Source: Octopus bimaculoides (Eukaryota). Taken from it: a stretch of 51,485 bases of DNA. A model generated the notes under the pieces. The model was not told the DNA's origin, did not search any database, and worked only from the letters and a program-made list of their open reading frames with translations. A program made the position numbers and the translations under genes. Of the stretch, positions 49,480 through 51,485 are shown piece by piece. Where the stretch lies: positions 26,778,979 through 26,830,463 of the forward strand of contig NC_068987.1 in NCBI RefSeq assembly GCF_001194135.2, in the 5' to 3' direction. The stretch's first letter is position 1; each line of letters opens with the position of its first letter.

Positions 49480-51065
49480 ATGCATTTGATATGGATGACG
49501 TAAAACTCATTGGCAAAGACGATAATGAATTTGAAGGTCTACTACGTGCTGTGAAAGTATTCCGTAATGATATTGGGATAGAATTTCGTCTTGATAAATG
49601 TATCAAGGCCATTTTCCAGAATGGTAAATTGAAGACCTTACATTCAATGGTGTTGGATGTTGACACAGTTATAAATGAACTCGAGCAGGAACAAACTTGC
49701 AAATACCTTGGAATAAAGGAGTGCTCTGGTATTCAACATGGAAGATGAAAGAGAAGATCAAAAAGGAGTGTTACGGGAGAGTCGGAGCAGTCCTAAAATC
49801 CGAGTTAAATGCACGTAACAAGGTGTAAATACACGTAAGAGGGTTATAAATTCCTTAGCAGTTCCGGTTGTTATTTATAGTTTCAGAGATTTGATCTGGA
49901 AAATGAACAAAATAAGGAAGATTGACAGGAAAATCTGTAAGCTGCTGACTTGCAATGAGGTACACCGCCTAAAGCCAGACGCAGATAGTCTTTACCTACC
50001 TAGAGCTCAAGGAGGTCTAGGTTTGATCTAATGTGAAATCTCCTATAAAACCACCAAAATTGGACTGTCAAAATATATTGAAACATCTAATGACTGGATG
50101 TTAAAGCTCGATGAAAACCATGAAAGACATAAGAAGCTTCATTCTGCTATGAAGTAGAGCAAAAATTTTCAAGTGAATTTATGCATAATACCCAGGCTGA
50201 ACAGCATGATGGAAGTGCAGCAATTGTAGTTGCAAAGAAGGTGAAATCAATAGCAAAGCAAAATGCGCTTGAAAAATTGGCTGAGGGTGGGAACAAAAAC
50301 TTCTGCAATGCAAATATGTGGCCCATTGCAAACAAGCTAATGTACACCAGAAGCACAGCCATCAGTGACTATGGAGCTCATGACTAAAGGCCCAAATTCA
50401 GAGCATATTGACCCGGAACTATCAAGTGAAAGTGAGGAAAAATGGTGCAGACCCAACGTGTCGATACTGGAACGAAGAGATAGATACGGTCAACCACCTT
50501 TTCTCTCGATGTAATGTTATAGCACCTGTAGAGTAAAAATCAAGACATGATAGAGTTGGCCAATATCTACATTGGATAAGGTATCGGCATTATAAAATCA
50601 AAACTGCTGATAAATGGTACAAGCACCACCCTGAGTCTGTAACTGAGGTAGAAAAGGTAACTATTCTTTGGGACTTCGCAGTATGAACAGTGTTTGTAGG
50701 AGGACTTAGAATGATCAAGAAGGAACTAAAAATTATTCAAGAATGACACCTGGCTTACCATCTATGCAGAACGTGCAAAAGATTGTCTTAACTGGTAGGT
50801 TACACGTATTAAGAAGTACATTATTACTGTGAATTTTCTTCCCTCCCTTTATTTTATCTGCTTGCTTTTCTATTTTTTATTTTTTATGTTTTCTCACTGT
50901 CTTCCTCTTTTCCTCTGTCACATGACTGGTGTGTTTATTCTAATGGCCTACTAATGTATACTGTACGTTTCTCTGTCCTAGCTGTCAGGAAGGCACCCGG
51001 CAAGAAATGGAAACAGAATTGAAAGAAAATGCTAATGAAATTAATAAAAATAATAATAAAAATAA

Positions 51066-51112
<47 letters not shown>

Positions 51113-51115
51113 TAA
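49480..51115 (+). mobile_element. R4/Dong-like element from the RT catalytic motif to the 3' end, decayed, with (TAA)n tail
   Basis: MDDVKLIGK, DIGIEFRLDKCIK, CKYLGIKE, SELNARNK, LYLPRAQGGLGL, ILWDF, MQNVQKIVL. Confidence 0.9.
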
Positions 51116-51117
51116 TA

Positions 51118-51485
51118 GCGTCAATAAAAGCGTCAACGTCGAAGCTTGTTATGCCTCACTGTTAATAAAACAAAATATAAACCGCAATGGTCATAGACCG
51201 GATTATAAAGGACCACTTACTCGGATAATGAACCAGATCCGAGACGAGAAATCTGCTACTGGTTCAAATCTTCCCGACACACAGGAGCTGGAAGTACCCC
51301 ACAACCGGAATATTCCAACAGATGGCCATCCATGCTCGTCATCAAATAACCAAAAGATAAAGAATGAAAAATGGTCTAGGGAAGATAATAAAGAAGTTCT
51401 TAGAGCCTTCTACCGTGCCATATATTTCCCTACAGATAAATCTAATACTGTACAAACCTACTTAAACTGGAGACAGAAACACCTT
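51118..51485 (+). mobile_element. 5' start of another R4/Dong-like element, truncated by the window end
   Basis: Begins right after (TAA)n; NEKWSREDNKEVLRAFYRAIYFPTDKSNTVQTYLNWRQKH matches the N-terminal motif at about 10300. Confidence 0.7.

Noticed and set aside
46391-51115. CRISPR-like repeat-spacer array
   Set aside because: The repeats are variable-length TAA tracts and the spacers are retroelement fragments in eukaryotic DNA.

Overview
AT-rich, microsatellite-dense animal genomic DNA from a gapped draft assembly. The repeat content suggests a cephalopod, probably an octopus; this is an inference. No intact long gene is present, and almost all ORFs in the supplied track are translations of simple repeats. 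Recognisable content is decayed mobile DNA: a near-full-length mariner DD34D element, a maT-like Tc1/mariner element with terminal inverted repeats (TIRs), other Tc1-like, hAT-like and Chapaev-like remnants, an RTE LINE 3' end, R4/Dong-like non-LTR fragments tied to (TAA)n arrays, two Penelope-like fragments and several tRNA-derived SINE families. The most notable signals are: (i) three distinct families of minimal type-I hammerhead-ribozyme-like motifs, two in head-to-head pairs, one forming the tail of a tRNA-head/(TAA)n/hammerhead fold-back element; (ii) a candidate minus-strand micro-exon gene at 41.8-45.8 kb whose 90-nt frame-preserving cassette carries two in-frame TGA codons in UxxU spacing, lies between inverted SINEs and is followed by an imperfect SECIS-like hairpin (speculative); (iii) a duplicated plus-strand micro-exon; (iv) a train of Dong-like elements in TAA repeats. 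All gene models were read by eye and are unverified.
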